Source of the DNA: Sphaeroforma arctica JP610
Lineage: Eukaryota
Direction: 5' to 3'
DNA: 40,177 bases
NCBI RefSeq assembly: GCF_001186125.1
Contig: NW_014040557.1
Location: 265,488-305,664, forward strand
The stretch's first letter is position 1; each line of letters opens with the position of its first letter. This document shows positions 1 through 11,649 of this stretch, in pieces. Both the position numbers and the translations under genes were made by a program. A model generated the notes under the pieces. The model ran no database searches, was not told where the DNA came from, and saw nothing but the letters and a program-made list of their open reading frames with translations.

Positions 1-175
1 AAGTGGATTTGTGCTTGCCATTGAGTCAAGTTGTATTCCCAGGCAGCCTCCGAGGTAGTCCGCGAATGGTCGCGCGGGGAGCAGGCCGCAAAAGTGAAGT
101 AAGTTTGTTTGATGTTTGGGAAACCGAGGGTATTTAGTGCCCGTGATGATGGCTGCTGCTTGAATGAGTGCTGAG

Positions 176-1543
176 TTAAAGCGCTCGAATAGGGGGTCCA
201 ACGCACCCTTCCATATAGGCGGAGACCAGGCAATAATGTTCAGCCCATATGTAGCCGTGGATAGGATAAATGTTTTGAATTTCACCAGTCGGTTGCGGGG
301 GTGTCGCCAGCTGAAGCCAAGAGGCGATACCCAGTGACAATGCTGCAACCAGGGATTCCATATGTCTAGCGAGGTTGATTCCTGGTACTCTGTGAGAGTG
401 AGAACCCCAGGTATTTGGAGTGTTTCGGTTCGGCATGTGTGGGCGCCAGTTTCAGAGGGAGGTAACGTGTGTTCCAAGGTGCCTCTGCAAGCGTCGGCGT
501 GATAAACTCACCATTTATACGGAGGGTTGGCGCCGCGTGTCGCAAGTCGGTAGATCGTACTCGGGGTTTAATGACACCCTGTTCGAGGCCAGATTTGCAT
601 CCCCACGCATCAATGTCATCTAAGAAGGGCTGGAGCGAAACTGATCGAGGGGCTTGGATCCGTGTGTCATCGACAAATAAATAAGAACGGAGGAGCTTGG
701 GCCAAAATTGTGCTAGCGTGACAGCTAAGAAATCCATGTAGATGATAAAGAGCTGGGGGCCGACGATTGAGCCTTGTAGGATGCCATTCGTTCTAAGGAA
801 TAGAGACGAGAGCGTGCCGCGGTATGTCACTCGGGTAGGGACCCTCTCAAACAGCGCGCGGAGGCAGTTGATCCAGTTTTCGGGCATTCCAGCGTGACGC
901 AGAAGTACCCATAGGCGTGGGAGAGCGACCTTGTCGTATGCCTTGGTTATGTCCAGACAGACGTCGTTCCACTCCTCTTCTGACTGTGTCTCAGATTCCA
1001 TGGCGGCAAGTGCTTGGGTATGATAGGAGTACCGTGATTTGAAGCCAGCTTGGGTAGCATGGGTAGCAGAGCCGGGGTGGCTCGTAATCAGATTAAGCTG
1101 ACTATTTGCGTAAGCGTGATGGGGCGGAAGTCGGCGGGGGAGGTGATATCTGCATCGGCTTTCTTTGGGTGGGCTGTTAGGAGGCTGCAGTTCAGGGCTG
1201 CGGGGAAGGTACCCGCTTTCAGCAGCACAGTGAATGCTTCGGCAAGGAGTCTAATCAGTGGGCTATTGGCGTCGGGGCGTCCCAATGTCCGACATTCGGT
1301 AGAGCGCTCCACTGCGGCCTTCAGGAGGAGGATGTGGGTCCCGTCGGGGGGGCGTATGGTGGAAGTGACATCAGGAGAGGGGTTTTTTTCAGGAGAGGGT
1401 TCGGTATCCGGTGGAACCACGTGCGGGTTTGTAGAGTTGAATAGGGCCTCAAAGTAGCCAACGAGGGTAGCGCCTGTGTCATCGGTACCCGGTATGCAGG
1501 GTTGGCGCGGAGACCGTCGCTGGTACGTAATATCTTTGAACAT
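176..1543 (-). pseudogene. LINE reverse transcriptase, frameshifted
   Basis: DFRPITL (ORF 1088-1543); CLDITKAYDKV, GILQGSIVGPQLFIIYMD, LFVDD and KYLG (ORF 366-1001) are non-LTR RT motifs split over several frames. Confidence 0.92.
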
Positions 1544-1810
1544 TTGAGCATTGCTTTGGGCGGTCAGACGTGGGCGGAACGAGTGGTTTGGCAGCCGCTG
1601 AACCCAAGGTCTGTTTAAGTCATAATAGAACCCTCCAAAGATTTGTGGGTTAGTGGCATAGCGCCAGATGCGGTCGAAGATTCGTAGCAGCCCTTCCGCT
1701 GGTCCATGTAAAGTGACATACGACCGTAGTAGGTTCTGATGCGCCCGGATTTCGGCTTGGAATAATCGCGCGCGGGATTTGTTGCGTAGGTGATACAGTC
1801 GATGGCGATA

Positions 1811-2554
1811 TCAGTTATATCCATGTGAGGGGAGGCGTTGGTCCGGAGGCGGCGGCATTGCTGGCATTTGTTGGGGCCGATGGATTTGATTCGTGGGAAG
1901 TATCTGGAGATCGAGTCCAAAGGTGTGGTCACCACAGATACCGTAGTCCGTCAGCTTATAAGTTTGGAGGGAGGCGGGGGTGGTAGGTCGATGATACGCA
2001 TGTTCAGTACCAGTTGAGCCGCCAGCATAGAGGCAGTCCAAGTGCCACGTCTTACGCAGAATAGTTTCAATCGTTTTCATACGTAGTCCGTGAATTGTAG
2101 ATGCGTGGCCATACTTCCGGGCTTTGAAGTTGATATCTCCCCACACGACATCTGGTTGGAAACCGCCAATCTCGGGGGGATTCATGTATCGCCTGACGTC
2201 TTCTTCAGTGAGCGATTTGAGTGGAAAGTAGAACATGGCCATATGAACGCCAAAGCACTTAAAGAACATCGCGTACGGTGAAGAGTGTACAAGTTGAAAA
2301 TTCGATGGGTGGTGTTTGGAAAAGATGCCAATACCACAGTGTGAAGGGTGTAAGATATTATGCTGTGTAGTGTGGTGTAGGATATGGTAGTGTGTGTTCG
2401 AGTGTATATGATTAAGAAATGTGGTGTTATGCCAGGTTTCAACCACACACATAACATCAACCTGACTTAAAATCAATATAACGTTCAAACACTTATCTGT
2501 ATGTGCTGCGTTGTCCATGTTGAGTCCTTGTGGGTTGAAGAGCGTCATCCTCAT
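1811..2554 (-). pseudogene. LINE apurinic-type endonuclease (APE/EEP) domain, N-terminus of ORF2
   Basis: MRMTLFNPQGL, DVMCVVETW, GIGIF, FYFP, VWGDIN, TEHAY and GDH follow the EEP motif order. The ATG at 2554 lies just after the stop codon of the upstream ORF (2560-2562). Confidence 0.88.
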
Positions 2555-2559
2555 TGGGC

Positions 2560-3496
2560 CTAACATTGTTCATCATCGGTCAATACTACTGGGCTCTCCT
2601 CTTTGACGATGTCAGCCATTTCTATATCATTGCCTGTTGTCGAAGAGTCCGTCGTGGAAAGCTGAGGCTGCGTATTGCTATCCATCGTGTCGGATGATTG
2701 TGTCGGGGAGACCGTTGGTATATGAAGTCGTCCGGGTTCCGGAACCATCCAGCGTGCCCCATGCTGATTCGCTTTCTTAGCATTCCTACGAATCACCTTG
2801 CACAAAGCATCATACTCACGCCGTTTCTGCTTAGCCTTTATCTTCAACTTAGCTGTTGCCCTTGGCTTGTCTGAGGCATCAGCCTTCTTCCCTACTGTAG
2901 CTGCCTTTACTGCAGGCACTCCTTTCTTCTTCTTAGCATCCTCATCCTCACTGTCACTACTTTCGCTGTTATCACTGCTGTCACTGTCCCTCGCGACTTC
3001 CTCCTCAGTCTCACTTTCGCTCTGTTCGTCCTCAGAAGGCACCTCAGTAAATGGATCCCGTTCTGGGAGCACTTTATTTGCTTCAGCTTTCGCCGCAACA
3101 TGCCGAGCACCATAGTAATAAATCTCACGAAGATGCTCAATAACCTTTTCAGGCTTGGATCCCCACCTTCCTATTGCCTTCGCAAAATCTGCCTGGGTTC
3201 CACTCACTTCAAATGGGTCCTTAAACGCTGGATACAATGCTGCAGCCGCGATGTACAGATCCTTCGTCTCAATAACAGTCTTGGATATAGCCCTCTAGTT
3301 CCGACTTCGTCTCCGGTGTAACCTCCTTCAAAAGAGCCATCGCTGGGCGGGACCCTCCTTTCTTCGCCTTGAGCTCATAAGCCTTGGTACCCCTGACATA
3401 ATCCCATCGATCCATAAGTGTCGTCATCGGCTCCCCTCTCACATATCTCCAGAGAGGTTGCCCAGTCCCAGCTGCACTATCCTTCTCGTAAACCAT
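2560..3496 (-). pseudogene. ORF1/gag-like region (two broken ORFs, 3269-3496 and 2560-3237) between the LTR and LINE ORF2
   Basis: The ATG at 3496 is 18 bp downstream of the LTR end. The product has an acidic Ser/Asp/Glu tract followed by a basic region, and it ends 5 bp before the APE ATG. No diagnostic domain was recognised. Confidence 0.5.
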
Positions 3497-3514
3497 TTTC
3501 CACTAACGTTTATT

Positions 3515-3949
3515 TGTAATCTTAGATCGACTCAAAACACAATGTAACGGTGAACTTGGATTTATTTCCTCGATTGTTGAATACAGAAGGATTTCATTGA
3601 GAATCCGGCCGCCAATCAAATCGTGTATCTTGTCAATTTCGAGCCTACAAGTCCATTCAACATATATCGTCATCTGCCAACCTCCAGCTCATATTACCCC
3701 GCACTTCGGTTCGCAAAACACCAATCATACACCAACCTCCTCTTCTTTCGAGCCTGCGCGGCCGTTCGCCAACAAACCGCACAATACAACTTAGAACTTT
3801 TCAAACTTATTAGTTTTCACACTTATCAGTTATCGCCCACACTTAGAAGTTCTCGCACTCTTATTAACGCCCAGGAACATTACCGAACAGTTCGGTACTT
3901 ACAACACCAACATTGTTTTAAATCGAAGGTAATCATGGTTGTCATTACA
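3515..3949 (-). repeat. LTR copy A (435 bp, TGTAAT...ATTACA termini)
   Basis: Reverse complement of 14787-15218 with 8 substitutions and one 3-bp indel. It has 6-bp terminal inverted repeats, and copy B follows a PPT and an integrase. Confidence 0.92.
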
Positions 3950-3952
3950 TTT

Positions 3953-4053
3953 GTGACTCAAAATATACTAAGTACCGAACTTTTTAATATTTTCTTATCG
4001 CCGGATTGTAGTGTAACTTGACTGTAAATCGTAGTAAAAAGCCATGTGTGAAT
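3953..4053 (+). repeat. Left terminal inverted repeat of the ISL2EU-like element
   Basis: The blocks GTGACTCAAAA, AAGTACC(G/A)AAC, TTTCTTATCG..CG.ATT, CTTGACTGTAAAT and TGTGAAT recur in the same order on the reverse complement of 12970-13073. Confidence 0.8.
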
Positions 4054-4462
4054 TTCGGATGTATGAACCAATACACCTGCGCTTTTAAGACCTATTACAC
4101 TAGTTATGAATTCTAATACTGTATACTATTCTAAAGATCATCCATGTTATCAATGTAACAGTTGGGTAGACGCGTCCGAATGGTATTTCTGTGACATTGG
4201 TGATACAAAGTGGCGTAGTCTATGGAGAGTCTTCAGTGACGATGCTAACACTACAACTAACATATCAATGTATACAAGGCATCGCTAGAACTGTTGTGTG
4301 AAGTACAACCCTAATCCTGGTTGTGGTGGCAAGTGTAGCTGTCCAAAGACCAAGCCTGTGAAGAGACAGCTAAAATTTGTTGAATCACCGTAGACGCCAT
4401 TGAACGCCATTGAATGCCATAGAAAAGATGCTCAGTCAAAAAGGTATCATTGTAGTACTATT

Positions 4463-5697
4463 ATGGGACTGAGTGGTTTGCTTCCGCTGATGAAGCTTCT
4501 GTTAGTGAAACTCCCTTGTTGCACATTCTCGGATGTCTAGGGATTGATGCGAGTATGCTTGCATATCAATATATGCGTGCGCATGCTCAGGATATTGTGT
4601 TAGATGGAAACTATCAGCCTTTTCTATTAGACATACGGGCTACACTACAACGACTACAGTCGTATGGTGTCGGTACACTAAATTTATTTATGGTATTCGA
4701 TGGTTTTCGTACGGATGATAAGTTAGTGAACGAACAGTGCCTAAAAGATAGAGGAAAATGATGTCACCCATCAAAGAATATTTGGCATCAAATAGAAAAC
4801 TGTATGGATTTGACAAGGTGAAGGCGTGCAAAAGTGCTGTAGCATATTTCAAAATAGAATGTGCCGAGCATATAGTGTTGTTGTGTCGAGATAAAGAGAT
4901 AGAATATATAGTCGCGCCTATGGAGGCGGAACAACAATTGTTAACACTACATCTTCAACGTAAAGTGTCCTATATACTAGCGTTTGATAGCGACTACATA
5001 GTGTTAGGGTGCGATTCTATAATTCTCGACACTAAATAGAGATCCGGAATTGTAAATATATTCTTTCGCCGAAGCTGTAAGGCACAGAATATTAGCAATG
5101 TAATAAGAAACTCATCCGAATGTGATGCAGAGAAAACTAAAATTATAGACATGCAGCTACAATTTTTAAAAGCAGGTTTAATCTACGGTTTTGATGCTTG
5201 CATATTACTAGGTGCACAACTATTGAGAAGTGATTATAAAAGTAACACGGTGTCGACTGTATCGTTTTGTTCTTGGTTGACACACGAGTCTTCATCAATT
5301 AAAACATCTCTCGCACTAAAATTGGAAGATACGAACTGGGCAACTGATAATTGGTATATACTTAATACTGAAGCAATCCATGCAAAACTGATGTATTTTT
5401 CCCAACCAGTTTATGTTTGGTGTAGACATGTTATTGAACTGGGTTACGTAACTCGTTATCTGCCTGTCAATCAATATGGAATACCACAATGGTCAATTAC
5501 AGGTTATACGATACAATCACTCTGTAGCATTCTTACACCAGCACGCAAACGGCTATTGAATTTTCTTGATAGTACAATCCATAATAATCGGTATAATAAC
5601 TTTACAAAATTATCACCGCAAGCACAAAGAGATTAGGCAATGGGTGCCTACAATTTACGATTTCCTCCTTAACCTGTTGGGAACAAGCGGTTTCCGC
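4463..5697 (+). pseudogene. XPG/FEN1/EXO1-family (PIN fold) 5'-3' nuclease, frameshifted
   Basis: ATG 4463 gives MGLSGLLPLMK; then LGIDAS, LFMVFDG, EYIVAPMEAEQQL, ILAFDSDYIVLGC and an H3TH-like ACILLG...SDY. This is the EXO1/FEN1 motif order (MGIxGL, DA, VFDG, APxEAE/D, DSD, GxDY). Confidence 0.85.
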
Positions 5698-6186
5698 NNN
5701 NNNNNNNNNNNNNNNNNNNNNNNNNNNNNNNNNNNNNNNNNNNNNNNNNNNNNNNNNNNNNNNNNNNNNNNNNNNNNNNNNNNNNNNNNNNNNNNNNNNN
5801 NNNNNNNNNNNNNNNNNNNNNNNNNNNNNNNNNNNNNNNNNNNNNNNNNNNNNNNNNNNNNNNNNNNNNNNNNNNNNNNNNNNNNNNNNNNNNNNNNNNN
5901 NNNNNNNNNNNNNNNNNNNNNNNNNNNNNNNNNNNNNNNNNNNNNNNNNNNNNNNNNNNNNNNNNNNNNNNNNNNNNNNNNNNNNNNNNNNNNNNNNNNN
6001 NNNNNNNNNNNNNNNNNNNNNNNNNNNNNNNNNNNNNNNNNNNNNNNNNNNNNNNNNNNNNNNNNNNNNNNNNNNNNNNNNNNNNNNNNNNNNNNNNNNN
6101 NNNNNNNNNNNNNNNNNNNNNNNNNNNNNNNNNNNNNNNNNNNNNNNNNNNNNNNNNNNNNNNNNNNNNNNNNNNNNNNNNNNNNT

Positions 6187-6816
6187 TTTGGTTCAAGTGC
6201 ATATACTCTTCGACAGGCCGTGGAACAGGATTATGAACCATTACAAGATGATGAAAATCGAAAGAATAAAAAACTGATGTATGCTAGGGCGGATGTTGCA
6301 AGATCATATAGACATGATAAGATGAGAGTGGTTTGTGTACTGGTTATAGATAAGGATCAAAATGCTACTAATGCCTGGTATATAGAATCCATAGAGGAGT
6401 GCAACTGTATGCTGCCGCTCTCAGACAAGAAGACTGTAACCACCGAAGAAGGAGAATGTGTGAGAGAGACTCTCAAAATTAATCCATGTCACAACCATAC
6501 TAATTGTGTCCATATCCGTGCATGCCTGGAACGCGTACGGGATTTAGGGGATTCCGGATTCACCTACGCGGCATGTAGCTGGAATAAGCGCCCCGCTGTA
6601 CGAAAGATGGACCCCAATCAACATGCGATTGTGGTGGCGAAAAAATTCGTCAACCAAAGTCGAGACTTCGCGTGTACTGTTACACGATCGAAGTTTATAC
6701 TTTTGAAGAGCTCCCATTTGGAATTGTTGAAGAAGGATATGAGTAGTGAAGAGCGAGAACTGTACGAAGCATACCGCGCCGCAAAACTCAGTACTTACAA
6801 AGAAGAGAAACACTAA
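6187..6816 (+). CDS. SWIM zinc-finger protein, C-terminal part (ISL2EU accessory-protein type); 5' end lies in the gap
   Basis: ARADVARSY...IEECNC-x(n)-CVHIRACL (CxC...CxH) followed by FTYAACSWNKRP (T-x3-C-x-W-x2/3-P). The frame is open to TAA at 6814-6816. Confidence 0.75.
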   Translation, partial: FGSSAYTLRQAVEQDYEPLQDDENRKNKKLMYARADVARSYRHDKMRVVCVLVIDKDQNATNAWYIESIEECNCMLPLSDKKTVTTEEGECVRETLKINPCHNHTNCVHIRACLERVRDLGDSGFTYAACSWNKRPAVRKMDPNQHAIVVAKKFVNQSRDFACTVTRSKFILLKSSHLELLKKDMSSEERELYEAYRAAKLSTYKEEKH

Positions 6817-6849
6817 AAATGGATCAAATACTCTGGCAACCAACAGAAT

Positions 6850-6897
6850 AACTGTATTTATAATTAAATAATTAAATATATGTAAATTTATTTTTGT
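6850..6897. terminator. AT-rich spacer between convergent stop codons; probable bidirectional polyadenylation region
   Basis: tatttataattaaataattaaata lies between the SWIM stop (6816, +) and the transposase stop (6898, -). Confidence 0.45.
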
Positions 6898-8030
6898 TCA
6901 TAATATATCCATGATGTCTTCCTCCGCAACGGAGGTTGCAAGATCGGCTGCCTCTATATACGCATCAATCAACTCTTCACTTGCTTTTGGTAAATCCATC
7001 CACCATTCTGTAATTGGTGGATCTAGATTAACATACCCGCGTGCACATTGTGCTTCATGATCGGCTAAATCTACCTCGGATAAAGTTTTGTTCTTACCAC
7101 TATGTCCCTTGTATACAATTACGAAGTTCTTCCATCGTTCTTTCGATGTTGGTGCGTTCTTTTGCTATGTCCCGGTCGTACTCAGCACGTTCATGGCTAA
7201 ATGCGAATTGATTCGCTTGTCGTTTTCGGGGAGTGCAGACTAATACTCCTAATCTCTCTAATTCGTACCTATCGGTGAGGCCTTTATCATACATGTATAA
7301 CATTTTGTACTGCCATTGCCCTTGATTATTTTTGGTCCGTATAATTCGTTATTGTCGATTCCGTTGTCAGATACCTGACCAGGATAACTTTTAGTAATAT
7401 CGCATGGGTAGGTTCCTCCATTGCTGAAAACGGTATATTTTAAAGTGGGATAATTTTTGTACTCACTATAGAATACACTTTGTGCATCTATATTGCATCC
7501 GGGGCGTTTCGCTCGCAACTCTACGGCGTCACCAATAACAATCCTCACTCCAGGTTGTAAATGTATTGCAGATCGCGTTCGTTCGGGCGTAAATTCTGCG
7601 GATTGCTCCGCAGTTGGAAAAGGTTGTCTAGCCTGAAATATTCTACTTATAGCTATACATAGCGTTATATATATACGTTTGACTGTATCATCTGTAAAAC
7701 CAAAGTACACTCCTAAAGCGCTGAGATTGTTGCGCGACTTTCTGAATGCTAATATGTACCTAACATACATATGCCATGTGGATAGTGCACTTTTGCGACC
7801 TCTCGGATCTCGAAAGCGGTCTTCTTCTTCGCTATCAACTTCTTCTGCCAATCCACCTTCGGCACTATTATTCTCATCTTCTAGTTATTCTTCTAGTAGT
7901 TTAGCGCGACATTCATTCCTCAATTTGTGGGACCAAAATACTATTTCATCCAACCTATTATTGTAGTTGAGCCAATCAAACTGCGACCTCAAAACGGTGA
8001 GATTAGGTTCACCTGTTTGCTCTAGTGGAC
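6898..8030 (-). pseudogene. ISL2EU-type transposase core (HTH + DDE_Tnp_4)
   Basis: QTGEPN...IVFW, GRKSALS...FGFTDDTVKRIY (HTH), IGDAVEL, QSVFYSEYKNYPTLKY, YPGQVSD, MYDKG, IAKERTNIER and C-terminal VNLDPPI, ending at TGA 6898-6900. It carries frameshifts and one in-frame stop. Confidence 0.88.
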
Positions 8031-8348
8031 AAATTTGTTAAAACAATACATCATACAGTGCTATATTTAATGTCGCATATTCGTGTGAATAATAAACAGT
8101 TTCATGTTTTAAATAGATGAGCTCAAAGAGCTTGTTCTTCTGAACATTTCATCCTAAGGATGTTCATACCTAGTAGAGGTATATTATGCCGTACGAGTGG
8201 CATGAAAATTTGGTCTATTACGGCGTACTGTATCGTGTATGTATGGTGATAGTGAAGTATGATGGCTTAAAATTGATGTATAGTGAGGTTAGATAGCTGA
8301 GCATGTTTCTTTTTCTTATGTGCGCTTAGAGATAACCTTTACGTGTCT

Positions 8349-9400
8349 CTACGACCATTCTTTCGATAGGCCAAAAACCCATTGACCAGTAGACATATCG
8401 ATGTTGGGTAGTAAAATTTGCCCCTGGACAGCATCCTTGTTATAATTAAAGGCACCTTGAAGGGTACCAACACTGAACAAGGGGTTAGTTGCCATAAGAT
8501 CTTTGATTTTGTCTCCGGGAACTCCCTTCGGCCATGAACCCCGCTTTTTTGCTATGAACATTACTTATAACCCGAATGTTAATAGCATATATAGTACCTT
8601 AAGAACTGAGAATCCAGAGTCCATGATAACCTTACGATCCGTACCTCGTATACCATCGGTTAGTCTCATTACGATACTTACAGTTGACAGTTGATCTGTA
8701 TACTTCAAGGCAGGTAGATACTCTGGCCTCACTTTCGCCTCGCACAAGTCAACATGGAATATTATATTTGCTGCACAACATACAATTGTCTTCCACTCGT
8801 TCTCGCACTGCTTAGGCTTACGAGGACAGTGAATTTGCGCATAGTCTTTAGGATTGTCCCACGCCATCATGGTTTCGTCGATGCACACTTTTTCAGAACA
8901 GAAAAAGTGTTTGTCCATATTGCTATTCCATTCATGTACTAAGCTACGCATAAAATAACCCTGGTCTGCTCTCTCTTCCGGTGTAATGGGTGCTGCACGC
9001 AAGCATAAATTTTTTTGTATGTCTATGTATCTTGTTTTGTTCATGTACAAACCAAAATAGGGAAGGGGGTCTAGTGGGTCACGAGATGAGATCCAGAAGC
9101 CGTTTACACCCCTACTGTAATATTTAGCCATGATCAATCTCAATGCTAACCATACAAAGTACTCTCCAACATCTATCTCACGCTTACCTGCCTTTCTTAA
9201 GGCAACATTAGTCGCAGGCACAAGCTCACTACGCACCCATGTCATTGGTAGAAGGTACTTAAATAAATCTAAATATGATGCGTCGTCTTTGATATGTGGC
9301 AACTTTGCGCTAAAGTTTCCAGCACCGTGTCTTGTTCTAAAAGATCATCTCCAGCCTTATAATTGTCGTCTGAAGGTCTAGTGTCTATATCTACCTCCCT
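8349..9400 (-). mobile_element. piggyBac-family transposase fragment (DDE_Tnp_1_7), nested
   Basis: LFKYLLP...ATN, FW...FGLYMNKTRY, CIDETM, PRKPK, IMDSGFS, KKRGSWPKGVPG. The third catalytic Asp and the termini were not identified. Confidence 0.85.
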
Positions 9401-10266
9401 TACTTCTATATCATTCTGTATTTCATTAATATTAACACCCACTTCATGAACAAAGCTATCAACTATTGTGTGTCTTAACTATTAGAGATATATGTGTGGT
9501 AGTTAGAAACTCACGCTCAGTGTTTGGTGATGCCTCTACTCGTGTACCATCAGGAGCAGAGCATTCTGTAAGATTCGGTCTCTCAAGGCGATATCAACGC
9601 CTTAGAATAAATAAACGGGTAGGTAAATTCTAAGTTCGTGAAAATATCAAAGTAAATAAATGAAATACGACATTTAGTAAAGTTAGGCTTNNNNNNNNNN
9701 NNNNNNNNNNNNNNNNNNNNNNNNNNNNNNNNNNNNNNNNNNNNNNNNNNNNNNNNNNNNNNNNNNNNNNNNNNNNNNNNNNNNNNNNNNNNNNNNNNNN
9801 NNNNNNNNNNNNNNNNNNNNNNNNNNNNNNNNNNNNNNNNNNNNNNNNNNNNNNNNNNNNNNNNNNNNNNNNNNNNNNNNNNNNNNNNNNNNNNNNNNNN
9901 NNNNNNNNNNNNNNNNNNNNNNNNNNNNNNNNNNNNNNNNNNNNNNNNNNNNNNNNNNNNNNNNNNNNNNNNNNNNNNNNNNNNNNNNNNNNNNNNNNNN
10001 NNNNNNNNNNNNNNNNNNNNNNNNNNNNNNNNNNNNNNNNNNNNNNNNNNNNNNNNNNNNNNNNNNNNNNNNNNNNNNNNNNNNNNNNNNNNNNNNNNNN
10101 NNNNNNNNNNNNNNNNNNNNNNNNNNNNNNNNNNNNNNNNNNNNNNNNNNNNNNNNNNNNNNNNNNNNGTTTCTCAGGCGGAGAAGTTAAGCGTTCTCGG
10201 TTACCCTGCGAGTTTTGGGCTTAGGTCCAGTAGGTCCATGGTGGTCGACTGGACGTTTCCTACGCT

Positions 10267-11630
10267 TCAGTGTCTTAAGCATATATGAAGGGTGAGCATT
10301 AAAGCTCGGGATAAATGCTGTAGACGGATAAGTTTTAACTTCCGTTCCTTCAGACGATGGAAACATGCTATCTTTTTCAGCTTGTGACTTATGCAGGCGT
10401 TTACGCCATTTCGATTAAAGACTTTTAAATAGTCTTGATTATCAAAAGCATTTGAAGTCAACTCAGCCATTGTACCGTCTATAAAGCGTGTACGAAAGTA
10501 TGTATAGCCTCCCTTATCCGTTCTCCATATAATGTCTTTAAATTCAGAACGATCAAGAGGGGCATTAGAATCATGTCTTCTTGCGAGTGTAATCTTTGTA
10601 GTCGGAATACGACTTGTGCCTATATTAAGCGCACTAGAACCATTGGGGTTATTTACCTCGTACGTTCCACTTTTAGTGTCTGCTACAGAGATTATATATA
10701 GACCTACTCATTTAGATGTTAATACAGTAGCATCGGAATTACGTTGACAGATGTTAACTCTGTCACCAACCTGATACTCTGCTGTCTTCTTGGCAGTGTT
10801 CGAACGCTTGTGCCTTTTTAATAAGGCTATATTGCGAATTTCTTGCAAGCAAGGATATACAACGTTATTAATTCGTTGTACCTTCTCCAACCATGGTAAC
10901 TCATGATGATCCGGTTTGTCCTTGTTAAAGGGGATTTGTATCACTATATCTGCCACGAAAATAGTGAGCGGGTGTAGTTCCTGTAACCGGATCAGCACAC
11001 TCGTTCATTTGTGTTTGTACCCACTTAAGTCATGCGTTAATGCAGTATGCAAAAAGTACTTAAGTCTTCCATGGCGCGTTTCATTCGCGCCTTGCGTTTG
11101 CGGCTTATATGGCACACCTCTCTTTTGGCATATGCCTGATACGAGTACTAGCGATTCCATTACGTCATCGCAGAACTCACTATCGTTATCAGTGCACACA
11201 ATACCCGGCCATCCGTGGTCAGCAAAGACTTGTCAATATAATTCTGCCACGGTCTGCGTGATTGCTTAGGCTTAGTGTATGGAGTGAAATTACGTTTTAT
11301 CAATGTACACGTGTTTGCGATGTGCATCACGACAAACAAGATCAATACGTGTGTCAAGAAAGCCTTCAGGAACTGCAGCACGCATGAAATAGCACTAATT
11401 AAGAATATAGCAATCACGTTTCGTACCTCCAGCACAAGGAATCAACTCTTGGCCACACACTGTTCCGAAGAATCATCCATCTTTTTGGTCGGATGTATTG
11501 AGATAAGCAAAAACTGATGTCGGGTGGGAAAACTTGACTCTACAAAGCCCTACTGTGCATATTGAATAGTCTTTACTTGTACGCGACATCTCTACGAGTG
11601 TAATGAGCTATCGTATGTATTTGTACGACC
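10267..11630 (-). mobile_element. Gypsy integrase fragment, paralogous to the integrase at 33944-35230
   Basis: IHTIAH, HGWPGIVCTDND, RGVPYKPQTQGANETR (identical to ORF 34535-34792), NVVYPCL, YQVGD and GYTYFRTRFIDGT. Segment 11280-11570 appears unrelated. Confidence 0.85.
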
Positions 11631-11649
11631 AATGTACGCCCTATTATAT

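Larger units (their letters stand above)
1..2760 (-). mobile_element. Decayed non-LTR retrotransposon (LINE, APE-RT type); 3' part runs off the left window edge
   Basis: APE and RT motifs are colinear on the minus strand across several frameshifted ORFs. The upstream boundary is approximate and was placed at a strand-composition switch near 2700-2760. Confidence 0.9.

Noticed and set aside
3510..3954. LTR A as a clean solo LTR
   Set aside because: The flanks TTATT and TTTGT do not form a target-site duplication.
3597..4021. Duplicated 'proteins' at 3597-4021 and 14832-15136
   Set aside because: These are incidental ORFs inside the two LTR copies.
4463..5697. Host EXO1/FEN1 orthologue (gene symbol withheld)
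   Set aside because: It is frameshifted, divergent and enclosed by transposon TIRs, so orthology cannot be assigned.
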